A DNA stretch of 63,764 nt, filler included, from Thelocarpon superellum (GCA_026025795.1; 8 parts of 8 records of this genome joined end to end with filler, not necessarily neighbours in it), one strand, 5' to 3'. Shown: positions 24,281 to 37,128, counted from the whole stretch's first letter. Translations and numbers: made by a program. The notes: generated by a model from the sequence alone, not told the origin.

Positions 24281-26564
24281 TTTGCCGTCACATGTCCATA
24301 CCGAACTCCGTCCACCTTCAGCTCGAATACCAGCGCGGCACTGTCAATGGTCATGTCTAGCGTAAAATCTAGGTTATCAAACTCGATTCCCTTGGTCGTC
24401 GTGAGTCGTGTAAAGAGGGTCTTGGGCACGGCATTTAGATCCGTCGTCAAGGTGCAGACGCTGATGAGTCCCTTTTTGAATGCATCCGGAGCGACGTCGG
24501 CGTCGCAGGCGATGAGGTCGTCCTCCACCACGAGGGACTGACCGGGTCGAAAGTTGCGCGTATAATGAAAGGACACCGCCTTTCGTTCCGAGACTTGCTC
24601 GCCCTATCGAGGGGTGAGCACGCGTCCGAGACCGTGGCGGCGACGACCACCACGCCGGACGTACCTTGGCGATGTGCCATTGCATGCGATCGCTCACCAT
24701 CCAGCGTTCCCTACGTCGCCCGGTTAGATCTGGGCTCACTCTCGGAGGCGTCGTGATGCCTTACCACAGCGGACTCCAGTACCGATCGCTCGGGGGGTGC
24801 CGCTCTTCGTCGAACACCGTCGCATAGCTCGTTCCATAGTGCCATCGGCTTCGCCGACTAACCACCATACTGTCGTGCCGTGAGCATCCTGGCCGAGGAC
24901 GGGTGGGGACGGATCGGCTCGTACCTTCCCTCCAGACCGCGCAGCACGGCACCACGCACCACGGCCGTCCACGCGTACACCGGTTGCATGACCTCCACCG
25001 CTTGTAAGGAGTCGTCCGGCGTGGCGTGCGTCGGCCGCTCCGAGTACGGCGGGGGCGCGGACGTGTTGAAGTGCGCCTTGAGACGGTTGTAGAGGTAGTT
25101 GGACTGTCCGAACCCCCCCACCAACACGATGCCCGACACGATTCCGCCCTTTTGGCGGATGCTGTCCACCTGCCCCTCCACCAGATCGCACACCTCGCGC
25201 ACCACGGGCTCGAAGATGCTCTTGATCTGCTCCGCGGTCATGACGAGGAAGCCACTCTCCAAGCCGGCCTCCTCGTCGTCCGGTAGGCCGGGAAACGGCA
25301 CGTTCACCTCTTGATGTTCTTCTTCATTGAAGTTGCGCTTGACAAACTCCTCAAAGTACTTGAGCCCCATCTGCCACGTCTTGGGCTTCTTCTCTTTCAT
25401 CGCCTCGTATCGCTCCACTCCGATGCGGGACCGCACATGATCCTCAAAGCGATAGTCCAAGAAGGCGCTACCACAGAGCCCTCCTGACCCGACCCCGGAC
25501 TCCTCCACCCGGAGAGGGTTCAGCTGCGTGATCTTGTACGAGATCAGGTCGACCGTCCCCCCGCCGGCGTCGCACACGACAAAGTTGTCGCCGATCTTGA
25601 GATGATTTGGCTGGATCGCCTTGAGCGTGTACACTGCCGCCGCTTCGGGCTCACTGATCAGTCGGAGGTCATGACGATTCCCGAGCCCTGCGCGCTCCGC
25701 CGCCTGCAGCGTCGCGTTCTTCGCCGCGTCCGTCCAGATGGCCGGCACGGTCAAGACAAACTGCGGCTCGTCAGCATCGATCTCGATCTCGCGCGCACGC
25801 ACCGCCAGCCTACCTCCACCTTGGTCATGGACATGAAGCTCTTGCCATACCGTCGTTCCAACGTCGACATCGTATGCTTGTAGATCTGTAGGAGATAGTC
25901 CGAGACGGCGTCCATCACATTGCGGTTGTATTTCCGCAACTGGGCCGCCGTCTCTAGGGGGGAGACGAAGTGTGGCAGCTTCTGATTTCGATCAAGGAAC
26001 AGCTTGATGCACCGGAGACGGGGTTCTTCCGGCTTGAACTGGAAGCCCCACTTGATGTTGGACGTCGTCGTCCCCTCGCTGGCCGGAGTGGAGTCTGATG
26101 TGGACACGCCCGATGCCAACGATGTCGTCGAGGCCGCCGCCGAGGAGGAGACGGACGAGGTGTCGTATGCGATTTCCGTCGGGACTTTGTCCGAGGTGAT
26201 GCCATTTCCGCCCGGCCACCTGCGCGCCATCAGTGCTGCTTCTCCCTGCCATCATGATGCACCACGTACGTTTTGATCACGTCCACGTCATCTGGCGTCG
26301 ACGTATATACCGCGGCGACCCTACCACTCCTTAGTGCCTGCACCGTGGCCGTCCTTCCGCGGCTACGTACCCCGAGTATGTCGTGCCGAAATCGATCCCC
26401 ACAATCAGGCGGTCTGGCGTGACGGGGGGCTCCCGCGCCTGGGCCCCTTGGAGCATCGGCAACGACTCGCGACGGACCGGGACCGACACCGGCGTCCATG
26501 TGCCTCCATCGTTGCGGAGCACCGGTTGACTGGACGGACCTCGGAGGGGCAGGGTGCTATTCAT
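24281..26564 (-). CDS. Atypical fungal Hsp70-superfamily (HSPA12-like) ATPase, multi-exon, stop codon lost at contig edge
   Basis: IVGIDFGTTYSG, WPGGNGITSDKVPT, VLTVPAIW, ISEPEAAA, CDAGGGTVDLISY, LVGGFGQS, AVVRGAVLRGL, RRHYG-type tail. Confidence 0.88.
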
Positions 26565-27161
26565 GACCGCGGTCGGCTCGAGTGCCACTCGTTGCGCAAG
26601 GGGTGCCAAGCGTTGGGCATGCACGGGACACTGGGCGTCAAACCACAATCATGAATCCCAAGAAGGATGCGGTGGGAGGGTCGTGCGGCGGGATCCGATG
26701 GTGATGCGACGATACATGAGCCTATCAACGAACGACGAGCGAATATTCCGACGGGCGCATCCGCCAATGCTGCGCTCACGATCTGCTCGAGTGTCCTGGA
26801 TGGCTCGGGCGAATTATCACGGGCGTGATTCCGGGCGCTATGGCAAGAAACGCGGCATCAGGCAGCCCTATTCTCGTGCCCAGCTACCACGAGTACAAGT
26901 GCTTGATGCCTTGCTCACGAAGCCTGGCCAGGTCTTCTCCTTTCCCAGGCCAGGAGCCCGTTCGGATCGTCGGTGCCTGGTGGACAGGCGGGACATGATT
27001 ACGTAAACGCACGTAGACTTTCGCCGAATGACGAGAGCTTCGGGCTCGCAGGCTTGGACCAGTACACCACCCTGTCCGGTGCTAGTGAGGGCGCCTCGAA
27101 TCCAATCATGCTCCAGACCATTGGAGATTCATAGGACGCTGTTGCGCTCCACCTTCCAGGC

Positions 27162-27872
27162 ATGGAGCACCTCTCCATCCACGACCATGGGGATGTCCCA
27201 GGCGGGGCCCACTCCGAGAACGCACCTCCTACGGCTCCCGCACTGCCTCAACTGCCTCCTCAGATGTTCACTACCGCTGCACAGTTGTTAGACTTGACCG
27301 ACAGTGAGGTTCCGCTGCAGCTCATTTCAAGGTCAACGGCTGTCTGTGAGGAGGTGGCTGACGTGCGAGCTACCACTGCCCGTCGCTAGAAAAGTTAATG
27401 GTCTCGTTGCGAGACGGACGGAAGTTGATCGGCGTACTCCGGAGCTGGGATCAATTTGGTATGACGATGACCGGCTTGTCACCAGAATGATCACATGAAC
27501 CATCTCTCACGTCAAATTGGCAGCCAATCTGGTGCTACAAGACACCGTCGAGCGTATCTTCATCCAGCGAGTGTTTGCCGACATCCCTCGCGGGGTCTTC
27601 CTTGTGCGCGGTGAGAACGTCTTGTTGCTTGGAGAGATTGTAAGTTGTCTCGTTCACGCGTTATCTGATAGGGAACCTAACAAGGTGGATCTGGGCAGGA
27701 CCTCGACAAAGACGACGACATTCCCGAACCGTTTGAGAAAACGTCGGCCGAGACCGTCCTCGCTCTGCAGAAGAAGGAGCACGAGTCTCGAAAGAAGAGT
27801 GACAAGAGACGACTCGAGAAGCTACAAGCGCTCGGGTTCGAGGGAGAAAATGCTGGTGAAACGCTCCTCTGA
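27162..27872 (+). CDS. LSM1: Sm-like protein Lsm1, 4 exons
   Basis: [48 protein letters not shown]...RGVFLVRGENVLLLGEIDLDKDD after splicing. Confidence 0.93.
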
Positions 27873-28195
27873 TCCGTCACAGGCCGTTGAGCATTGGAAT
27901 TGACCAGGTCGGACTGGTCGGATTAGTCGCACTGGCCTCACGCCAGGACGTCCCGTCTACGGATAGCCGACGGTGGATGACGCCGCTCACCGCAGTAGCG
28001 AATCACTCTATGACAGAACATCGAAGGCGAGTAGGGTCCGAGACGGAGGCGATACCACCCAATGACGAGATTGCAGCGGTGGGTTATCATCTCGACGGGT
28101 CATGTAATCCATCCATCCCTCTTCCAGATCGCCCTGCATTTCTATTCAATGGCCCAGTCTCCATCAATGCCCTTTTCCACGCTCGCACTGTCCTG

Positions 28196-29913
28196 TCATC
28201 CGGATAGTCTTTCTCCGCTCTGCATCGACAGATACCGCTCCTCTGCCGAACTGATGCACTGTATGTTCGCCCGGAGCTTGTTCATCGTCTCCATCCACTC
28301 ATCATACGGATCCGAGTCGAAGACGATGCCCCCGCCCGCCTGCAGATATGCGGTGCCGTCCTTGACCAACATGGTGCGAAGCGCAATGCACATATCCATG
28401 GCGCCCTCTTCCACACGATCTCCGTCCACGCTGGCCAAGCCAAAATACCCGACCGCGCCAGCATATACCCCTCGCTTTTCCCCTTCCAGCTCCCCGATTA
28501 GCTCCATCGCGCGCACTTTGGGCGCCCCGCTGACCGTCCCGGCTGGGAAGATGGACCGAAAGGCGTCGAAGCGGGTCATCCCTTTCCGTAGCACTCCCGA
28601 CACCTGTGATACTAGATGCTGGACGTGCGAGAACCTTTCCACCGCCATCAACCGATCGACTCGTGTGGAGAGGGGATCACAGACACGATTCACGTCATTC
28701 CGCGCCAGGTCCACCAGCATGACATGCTCCGCGCGGTCCTTGAGTGAGTTTCGGAGCTCTGCCGCCAATCGCTCGTCTTGCTCCGGCGTCTGGCCTCGTT
28801 GTACCGTCCCCGCAATCGGATGTGTGACGATTCGGCCCGCCTCGGCCTTGACCAGCAACTCGGGACTGGCGCCGACCAACTGGAAGTCCTCGCAGTCGAT
28901 GTAGAAGAGGTACGGAGAGGGATTGACGGTGCGAAGATGGCGGTAGATGTTGAAGGGATGAAGCGAAGTCGATCGTGCCAGCCGCTGCGACGGCACCGCT
29001 TGAATGATGTCCCCGTTGATGATGTGCTTCTTCAGTCGCTTGACGTGTGCCTCGTATCCCGACTGGCCGATGTTCGATCGATACTCCTGATGCTCCAAGA
29101 TAGGTCCTTGGGTGGGCAGTGGGATGTCGGGGCTGACGAGGCTTTCGAAATCCTTTTCGATCGCTATTCGTCCCTGCTCGTATGCTTGGTTCAGATCGTC
29201 GAGGTCTTCCGGAACCTTGAGATACGTGATGACCCGGATGACCTGGAAGAAATGGTCGAAGGCGACGATGGTGTCGAACAGCATGAAGAGACTCTCTGGA
29301 ACCTTCAGCACGTCTTTGAGCGGTCGAGCTGTCTTTGGTTCAAAGTATCGTACGCAGTCATACGAGACGTAGCCAATTGCCCCACCGGTTAAGGGGGGTA
29401 GTGTGAGGCCGGGAACCGCCGCAACCCGTGCCTGAGACAGCTCACGTTCAAGCAGCGGGAGCGGGTCTGTCTCTAGTCCATGGCCAGGGCCGGTCTTGAG
29501 CACCTTTCTCGGATCTGGGGCACCAAGTCAACTCGTCGATCGGCAGATGCGGGAATTACCACCTACTGGCGCCGACGAAGCTATATCTGCCAATGGTCTC
29601 TGTAGTTGCAGCACTTTCGAAGAGGAAAGACAGCTTCGAGTTGGACCTAGTTCACCGACGGTCAGTTCGGGATGGATCGAGTGCCTTTATCATCGACCTG
29701 ACTCACTTTGCGGAAATCTTGAGGTATGCGAGAGAGGGGGTCAATAGATCGGCCGGGATAGAAGCACATAACGGCACGAGGTTTGGTGCCCTGGGACCTT
29801 TGGTTGACATCGAGAGGATTTCTCGCACCGTCTCAAGAGACGGTTGTATGGCCACCTTCCTTCTAGTCAGCTGGGCCTTCAAGGCAAAATGGTCGACTCA
29901 CCCGTGGTGCCAT
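28196..29913 (-). CDS. TRP2: Anthranilate synthase component I, 4 exons
   Basis: PADLLTPSLAYLK, SFLFESAATTETIGRYSFVG, NPSPYLFY, GASPELLV, PIAGT, AEHVMLVDLARND, FPAGTVSGAPK, QAGGGIVFDS. Confidence 0.95.
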
Positions 29914-29938
29914 TTTATCCTGCAATACTGTCCAAAGT

Positions 29939-29946
29939 AGAGTCAA
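29939..29946 (-). promoter_or_regulatory. Putative CpcA/Gcn4 element TTGACTCT upstream of TRP2
   Basis: Plus strand AGAGTCAA, 26 bp before the TRP2 ATG; a second TGAGTCA at 30192-30198. Confidence 0.45.
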
Positions 29947-30187
29947 GATATTCCTACCCTTGATCGAGTAGTAGTCGGCTTCTCGTGCGACGAGGCACTC
30001 GTTTTATTTGGGAGCCACCCCAAAATATTCCAATCCCCGGTTGCACCACCCTCGACAGATCGTAAATCCAGCAGCGACTGACCTTCCGGGTCTCCAGGTC
30101 TCCAATTCTCCCAGCTCATGCAACATATCACGATGACATAACGCGCGCTTTGTTCATCTACCTTGGAGAGTGCCACGATGCGCTTAC

Positions 30188-31041
30188 ATGATGAGTCAAC
30201 ATACAATAAGCCCTCCCACCTCCCCCGCACCGCGCAGCTCTACACCCTCTCACGAGACCGTCTCTGATTTCGGCGACAATGTTTCTCTCGATGGGACAGA
30301 GCAGCTTCTTCGACGACTCGATGATATTAGGGGTCGTCTCCCCTTGAATGTGAACTTTGATGAGTCCGTACTTCGTCTACTCCACTCTGAACTCGATGGT
30401 CTCGAGACATCCTTGCCAATTACCGTCAATGCGGAGAACGACACCCAATCGTCCGGGAAGCTTTCGCTCCCACGGAAGAAGGAAGAAACCTCTGTCTCGC
30501 CTCGATTCGACGTGATAGCATCACCCACGAGGACTGAGATTTCTGATGAGATGGTGGGATCATTCTCAACGCGACTTGCCTCTGCCATTGTTGGCCTCCG
30601 ACAACGACAAGAAGAGATGAAGGTGATAAACCCACCCTATCGTCCAAAATGCACCAGCTGACTCCCTAGCTTATTCACGATGTGTCGGTGACCAAGGTCG
30701 AGCAGGCCGCGGAGCGGATCGTTCGGCTGGAAACATATGTCACCCGGTTGTCCGTTTGTCCCCGCACCTCACATCTTCCGCACCTTCACTAACACCTAGT
30801 TTACTACAGGGAAAGCGATCTGTCAGATGACCAGTCTGAACTCACGTTCCTCAAGCTGCAGCTGAAAGCATTAGAGGTTCAAGCATCTCACCATTCCAGG
30901 GTGGAAGATGAAAATCTCGCGGCAGGGATCAGACGATGGAAGCTGGACTGGGCAGAGACTGACCGACGATTTCATTCACGACTCGAAAGCCGACGAACGC
31001 TAAGCCAAGACGTCACCTGCTCGGATCAGACGTCCAGCTAA
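30188..31041 (+). CDS. Hypothetical coiled-coil protein, 3 exons, divergent from TRP2
   Basis: Spliced ORF ...LRQRQEEMKLIHDVSVTKVEQAAERIVRLE...DQSELTFLKLQLKALEVQ...GIRRWKLDW; consensus introns; start codon uncertain. Confidence 0.7.
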
Positions 31042-31228
31042 GGTCTGCGAACAATCAAGACGGATGGCTGTCTCAAAAAGGAGGCCTTCAAGGCCGACAA
31101 ACGAAAGAACCTGGCCTCAGATCCAGCATCCCGAGAATTGAAGGTCCCTCCAGGATTATCATGGTCGCGACGGCCGGAGAGTGGGTGCTCCTAGGTGCTC
31201 ATGGCAAACACACTCTGCAACTCCCGAC

Positions 31229-31937
31229 TTACACCTGCTGGATGGACCCTTGACTTTCCGTGCAATCGACCTCCTCGCCAGTGCCGATGCCAAGACCCCC
31301 TCCGTTCGGGAAGAAGACCCGTGCCGATCCGGAGTCTGAGCAAAGATCGAAGTTGACCTTGCCGCCCTGCGCATTGACGCTTCCATCGATCTGAGCACAC
31401 GACGGATTGCCCTCTGCGGGGCACTCGCCACTGATCATGACGGCCATGGTCTTTCCGAAGGCGTTCTCCGACGAGTCCGTGTCGGCGGTCAATTTCCAGC
31501 ATGTTCCGCACTCTGGTCCCTTTCCACTAGTTCCACCATACAGGAACTGCGAAATGGCCGCCGAATACCCTGGACTGGTGGTGAAAGCGCAGGTGGTGTT
31601 CGCACCACATCCGCTATATTCGGTGAAAGTGGCTTTGTAAACCCGGCTGCTGTTGCCGCTGTCGCCGGCATTGGGGGCCGAGATGGGTTGAGCGCTTGGT
31701 TCTGTGATGGGCGCAGTGCTGGGAGCGGTGCTGGCGGTGATGGTCGGAGCGGCATCGGTGGCCGGAGCTCGTCGAGGCGGGAATCGGGATGGTGGAGAGG
31801 GTTGTCAGGGTGTTGGGGGCACCACCGAGCGGTGCCTGGACGGGTTCGACCTCACGGTTCTCGTCCACGCTCCCCTGAGCGAGAACCGCTACGGCTCCCA
31901 AGGTCAAGAGACCCGGGAATTTCGATGAGAAATGCAT
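31229..31937 (-). CDS. Secreted double-psi beta-barrel protein, GH45 subfamily C / expansin-like endoglucanase, 2 exons
   Basis: Signal peptide, Pro/Thr/Ala linker, then ATFTEYSGCG..C..YSAAISQ...CGTCWKLT...VMISGECPAEGNPSC...VNFDLCSDSGSARVFFP...EVDC; intron 31855-31768. Confidence 0.8.
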
Positions 31938-32177
31938 GGTTGCGGGTTGGAACGAATGGAGCTGATGTTGCATTCGGGATATACTAGGCGACTAACTAGA
32001 GCAAGTCGAGCGAGCAAAGAAGGAAGGGTAGAATATAGATACAAATGAACAGACGACTAAAGTGGTACACGCACACAGACAAATCAAAGCTGGATAGAAA
32101 TGTTGGACTGTGTCTAGATGATAGGAGAGACGCGAGATACTTGTAGCTACTAGTGTTGGTAAATTACTGCATTTTAC

Positions 32178-32277
32178 NNNNNNNNNNNNNNNNNNNNNNN
32201 NNNNNNNNNNNNNNNNNNNNNTTAATTAATTAANNNNNNNNNNNNNNNNNNNNNNNNNNNNNNNNNNNNNNNNNNNN
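32178..32277. other. Artificial contig-joining spacer
   Basis: N44-TTAATTAATTAA-N44. Confidence 0.98.
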
Positions 32278-34497
32278 GCCACGGACCTTAGGCGACCATT
32301 GCCAGGCCCCTGCGTGTACGCCCCCGCAGGTGCACCGATTTCTCCCAGCACACGAGTCCATCGAAATGCTCGTTCAACCCATCATCAACGCAGAGCCGTC
32401 ATTCCTCCGGATCGAGACGACTTTCATCAAGGCTCGGGGGCGGCAGCTAGCACGGGAGCCCTGCCAGTCTGGTCCCAGATTGGCTCGTAGGAATCCCAGG
32501 CAGCTCTGCTCCCTAACATTTCTGTCCTAGGACAGCATTCCCCCTTGGGAGGAAGTATCTGGGACCTCAGCAGTCCTAGGCTCACACAGGTCATAGGATC
32601 TTGCTCGTAGGCGGCGTTGGCGCCTAGGAGAAGGAGCACAGGAGCTCGGCTGTCCCAGGGCCATACGCATCGTAGGAGACGATTCCCAGGTGCCCACGTC
32701 CTCACAAGTACCCGGACTACCGCCGTCTATGAGCAAGCTGTGCTACCGGACAGACTCAGCCAAACTCCTTCTCCAGCAATGTTATCCCCTCGTCTGCGAC
32801 TCCCCCGATGACAGCTGCTGCGCCACGGGCATGACCAACCCTGTGGCTAGCTTGAAACGGAGGATAAAGAAACCGGATCCTTCCTGTTTAGGAAGGCTTT
32901 CGGCCAAGCTTTCGTTGAGGGTGTGTCAACGCCATACAATGCCCTAGGTCGGGGCACGGGTGCCCCAGAATGGCCCGAGTCAGCCTTGGGGTGAGACGCG
33001 ATAGTAGGGTCACGCAGGGCCCTACTTAACACTTAGATTCTGCGGACGTATTGACCTTTCCAGCTCCCGCGACCCTGTTGCTCTCACAACCAAACAGTGT
33101 TGACACCCTGGACGAGCGGTCGCCGTTGATCATCTAGAGCTTTCTGTTAGGTTTCAGCAGCGCCCCGACCACGGTGTGCTCCATCTGACTCGACAACGGT
33201 GAACAGAAAGCATGATTCACGTGGCCCGTAGTCCGACCAACAAGAGGGCCGATGACGAATCGAAACGGCCCATGTTCTTACCCTGCATCGTGAAACGGAT
33301 CCAAAGTTACGAGAGCGGGGAGGAGTGTGCATGTGAGGGCTCTGGCGCACGCGTGGGTCCGAGCAGTCCACCAAACCTCGAGCCAGCTGCTGGTCCCACG
33401 AAACACGTGGCGGGCCTCGATGGGAAAAGGAACGTGTGAAGCCATCGATCCCGACGTCCGCCTACGTGAATCTTCATCGGCAGGCCGGAGGATCTACCCC
33501 TGTCGTAGTGTAGACTCAAGCGATGCAGACATCGCGGCGACGTTTGGAAGACACAGGCGAAGGAAGGGAGGACTGGAGATGAAACATCTAGCCGCGGTCC
33601 AATCAAGAACGAGGTCCAGCACTAGCAGTGAAACGGCGGGACAGGAAGGATTGTGGGTGGACCGCGAAGCTTGGAAGCGTTGGCAACCTCGTCTTGGTGG
33701 GGAAGCCCGGGGCGCCCCCAGTAAACATGCGCACGTGCATGCGCACGTCCGGAGAACCAGAGGATTTGATGGGCCACCTGACGCTATGGACACCGAATAC
33801 GACGTCATTTACGCCGCAAGGATCAGTGGAGGCGACGCGTCCAGGAAGCCGAGCACGCTTAGGCGATCGTCACACGCGGCGAGGTTGAAGCAGCATCCTT
33901 CTGCCCCGAACTCTTTCGATCACTTGAACGCCCAGCCTTGGTACCGGGCATGGCAGGTGCGATGCCCTCTACCCCACGCGTCAAGCGCTCCGGCCACCGC
34001 CTCGCAGCACTACCTCCTCCTTCTACTCCTACCAGGAGCAGGAGTAGGAAAGTAGGCTCATAGCAGTTCCTGGCGGGTAGTCAGGGTCCCCATGAGCCTC
34101 GTGGCACGGGATGTGCTCTACAGCGTGGAAAGAACGTCGAAACCCTATGGTCCAGCTCGATCTCCCGCTCCGCACCAGTCGTCTCATTCGTTTGTTACGT
34201 AGATCCCACTTTGCTCGCCATCCTTCTCCACTCGGCTGGCGTCTGCCGAAAGGCTCGGCCTTCATTCTCTTTGCCTTCTCGGCGCCACGCCGACTTCGCC
34301 TTATATGATGGCTCGCACGTCCGGCGGAGGCACTCATGCGCGTCCATGCCCTTCATCTACCCACCCCCCACTACGAGCACGGTGGCGACTGCTCATCCCC
34401 ACTCCCTTGTCGTTCGTGTATGACTCGGCCGCTTCTCATCTCAATTCCAATGCGCAACGTTGGCGACAGCGTCATCGTCCTGCGTGTCATCTGAGCT

Positions 34498-36006
34498 ATG
34501 TGCAGATATGTCATCACGCAGTGGCTGTCAGCGGCCCTGTTGCTGCTCGCCGCCCTACCATCTTGCCCCGCCTCCCCAACTCCCAGGGAGGGGTGCCTGG
34601 CGACCGAGGTCCCGATCGAGCGCCGCACCCTTGACTGTCGGAATACCGCGACCGGGATCAACGCGTCCTGCTGGCAGACGCTGGACATGCCCAACTGGGT
34701 GCTGAACTGGTCTCGCACCCACCCTTGCGACGACGGCGAGGGCTTCTCCAACTGCTTCCTGCGCTATCAGAACCGCGGTGGCGCCGATTGCACCGTCATC
34801 AATACGCAGAGCTGCGGGTCAGACATCACCAATGACATCGACCTCAACACGCCGGAGGTCTTCTATGTGCTGTATAACATTTATGGTAAGTTGTGGACCG
34901 TGCTCATGGCCTGATGACCATCTCCGAAGAATGCTGCTCACCTGGATGTAGCCATCAACAACTTTTTTACCTCGTGGTGGCTGGCCACCCAGCTCGCTGC
35001 TGCCCGAGCCTCGTTCAAGATCGATGCGATCGTGAACCTGCTCGACCCGCCCCAGACGACCGGCCTGGTGGTACAAGACATCCTCACGGCCCTTCTGGCT
35101 GGATTGGCTTTCATCCCCGCACCGATTGATATCATCCTGGCTGAGAGTCTGAATATTGCCACGCACGTGGCCCTTGCGAGTGTCATGACGGCGCTCGTGG
35201 TGGCGCCCGGTGTGTGTCGAGGCTTGTTCCCGGCCAAGACGAACGACACAAGGAGCGTCGAGATCAGCCAGCTCAACTCCGAGCTGGCCGATCTAGACAA
35301 TGAAATCTCGGCACGACTGGCTCCGGCGCTGGCCACGGCGCAGAACGATCTCACCTCTTTCACTCAGCTGGCCTCGACCGGTGCCTTCTCGGCGCACCCT
35401 CCACTTGCGCTGGACCAGCAGACAACAGGTCTTGACCAGGCCTTTACCACGTTCATTCTCACGACGTGCCTCGCAAACACCAACTGGATCGGAGCCGTGG
35501 CGCTGGATACCAGCCCCCAGCAGCTGGCGACCAACGGTACCAAGATCCAGTATGACCTGGACTGCCAGGCATATGACGCCAACGGGGTCTGCAACGCGTG
35601 GTGGTACGACAGCACGGACAACGCCGCCTTCACGCTCGACAGCATGAGCGAGCGAAGCGACAATCCATACAACCGCATCCACACCATCCTCTCGAGCGGC
35701 TGGTCCACGGGCGACCAGCTGTTCTCGGGCGCGTACGACTGCAACAAAGCTGGTAACTACGGCCGAGGCGTCATTGTAAATTTCGACAACGGCAAGCTGA
35801 ACACCGACTGCATCTCGCAGTTGAAGATGTGCACCTTTGAGAAACAATGCACCTTCCCCGGCACCTGTCAGGAATTCTCCGACTGCGACAACCAGAACGG
35901 CTTCGGATTTGTCCCAGGCGCCGTCAAGAAAGGCTACTTCACCGTGCCGTCCGGCTACCTCGGCCCGCTCCTCACCCAGACCTCGCCGCGTGTCAGCAAC
36001 GTCTAG
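34498..36006 (+). CDS. Secreted Cys-rich protein of unknown function, 480 aa, 2 exons
   Basis: Signal peptide; intron 34886-34951 (GTAAGT...CTCAC...TAG) joins the two ORFs in frame (YNIYAINNFFTSW); strong GC3 bias. Confidence 0.85.
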
Positions 36007-36822
36007 CGCATGCAGACGGGGGCTCACTTCTTATACATGACATACTCACCATTGACGGCGCCCTATATTTTATGGACAATCTGAAACGTAGTTTCGGAGT
36101 TCCAATCCCCAAACTATGATGGTCCACCCCGCCGCTATTGTAGGTCTCGACACCGTGAGAGGGCTTTGGGGCTAGCTCGATCAGGTCTAGGTCACTCGCT
36201 GCTCTGATTCTAAGGTACTGTAGAGGGTGATTACGGCAGCTGCAGCCACGGTAGCTCGCCAACCACGTGACCCATTCCCAGTTGTGTGATCGTTGGACGA
36301 TGACATAATCAGCGGTCGGTCAAGGGAGAGCGTAGCGGGAAATGCCGCTTCAAGGGTTCCCATATATGTACTATGGGCAGACCCAAGCAGAGTTTGAATC
36401 GTTAGCCGTGAAACTATCTATGCCGATTCCTGCCTGCGCAACCTGCATCGTTGTCCTCGATGAGGAAGAACCTGCTCTAGAAGCCAGCTATGCCAGCATT
36501 TTGCTTGCTGTGACAGAAGAGATTACTTTTGACCCCTTGAAATGTCTTCTTGAAGGAGTGGCCCTCCACAGGTTGCCGATGCACCTGAACTTGTGGCCTG
36601 GGCCTTGACGCAGCACAGATGTATGCTGTGAGGCTGGGAGCTCCACGGCTCGCCGCGAGGATAGGAGAGGTCACGTGATGGTCATGTGATGGGGCATGTG
36701 ACCTGGCACGCTGGACATAAACCGAGTGCTGCTGCGAGCTGGCAGAGCCCCAGCGCTCAACTCGAGTAACACGAGGAGGCTAGTCATAGGTCTATGAGCC
36801 CTAGGAGCCATAAAGTCAACGC

Positions 36823-37128
36823 CTATTGACGACGTCTACTGTTTCCGCCTAGCTGCAAGCCTCATCGTCACAAGCTGCTCATTGGCAGGCAACAGCATAC
36901 CAAATGTTTGCACAAGGGTTCTGGATCAATGCCCCCAACTCGGGGTGTAACCCTACCAATACCTACCAGAAGGAGACGTGTTTGTGCCATCACTGGGTAC
37001 CTGAAAACGCATGCAACCAATGGTGGTGGACTAGTAACGAGGATAGTAGTGGCAATACAGGCTACTGGAACGGTTGGACGACGTTTTCTTGTGATTCATT
37101 TCCTGACTGGGAATGGGTTAAAGAATGA
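36823..37128 (+). pseudogene. Small Cys/Trp-rich secreted-type peptide gene, 5' end apparently damaged
   Basis: Frame reads LLTTSTVSA*LQASSSQAAHWQATAYQMFAQGFW...WEWVKE*; signal-like segment interrupted by TAG with no in-frame upstream ATG. Confidence 0.4.

Noticed and set aside
24281..26564. Hsp70-like gene as a novel system
   Set aside because: Belongs to a widespread fungal HSPA12-like family; its neighbours are housekeeping genes.
32278..34400. Short ORFs and an intron-like signal at the start of contig 5
   Set aside because: All spliced frames tried hit early stops; no motif recognised.
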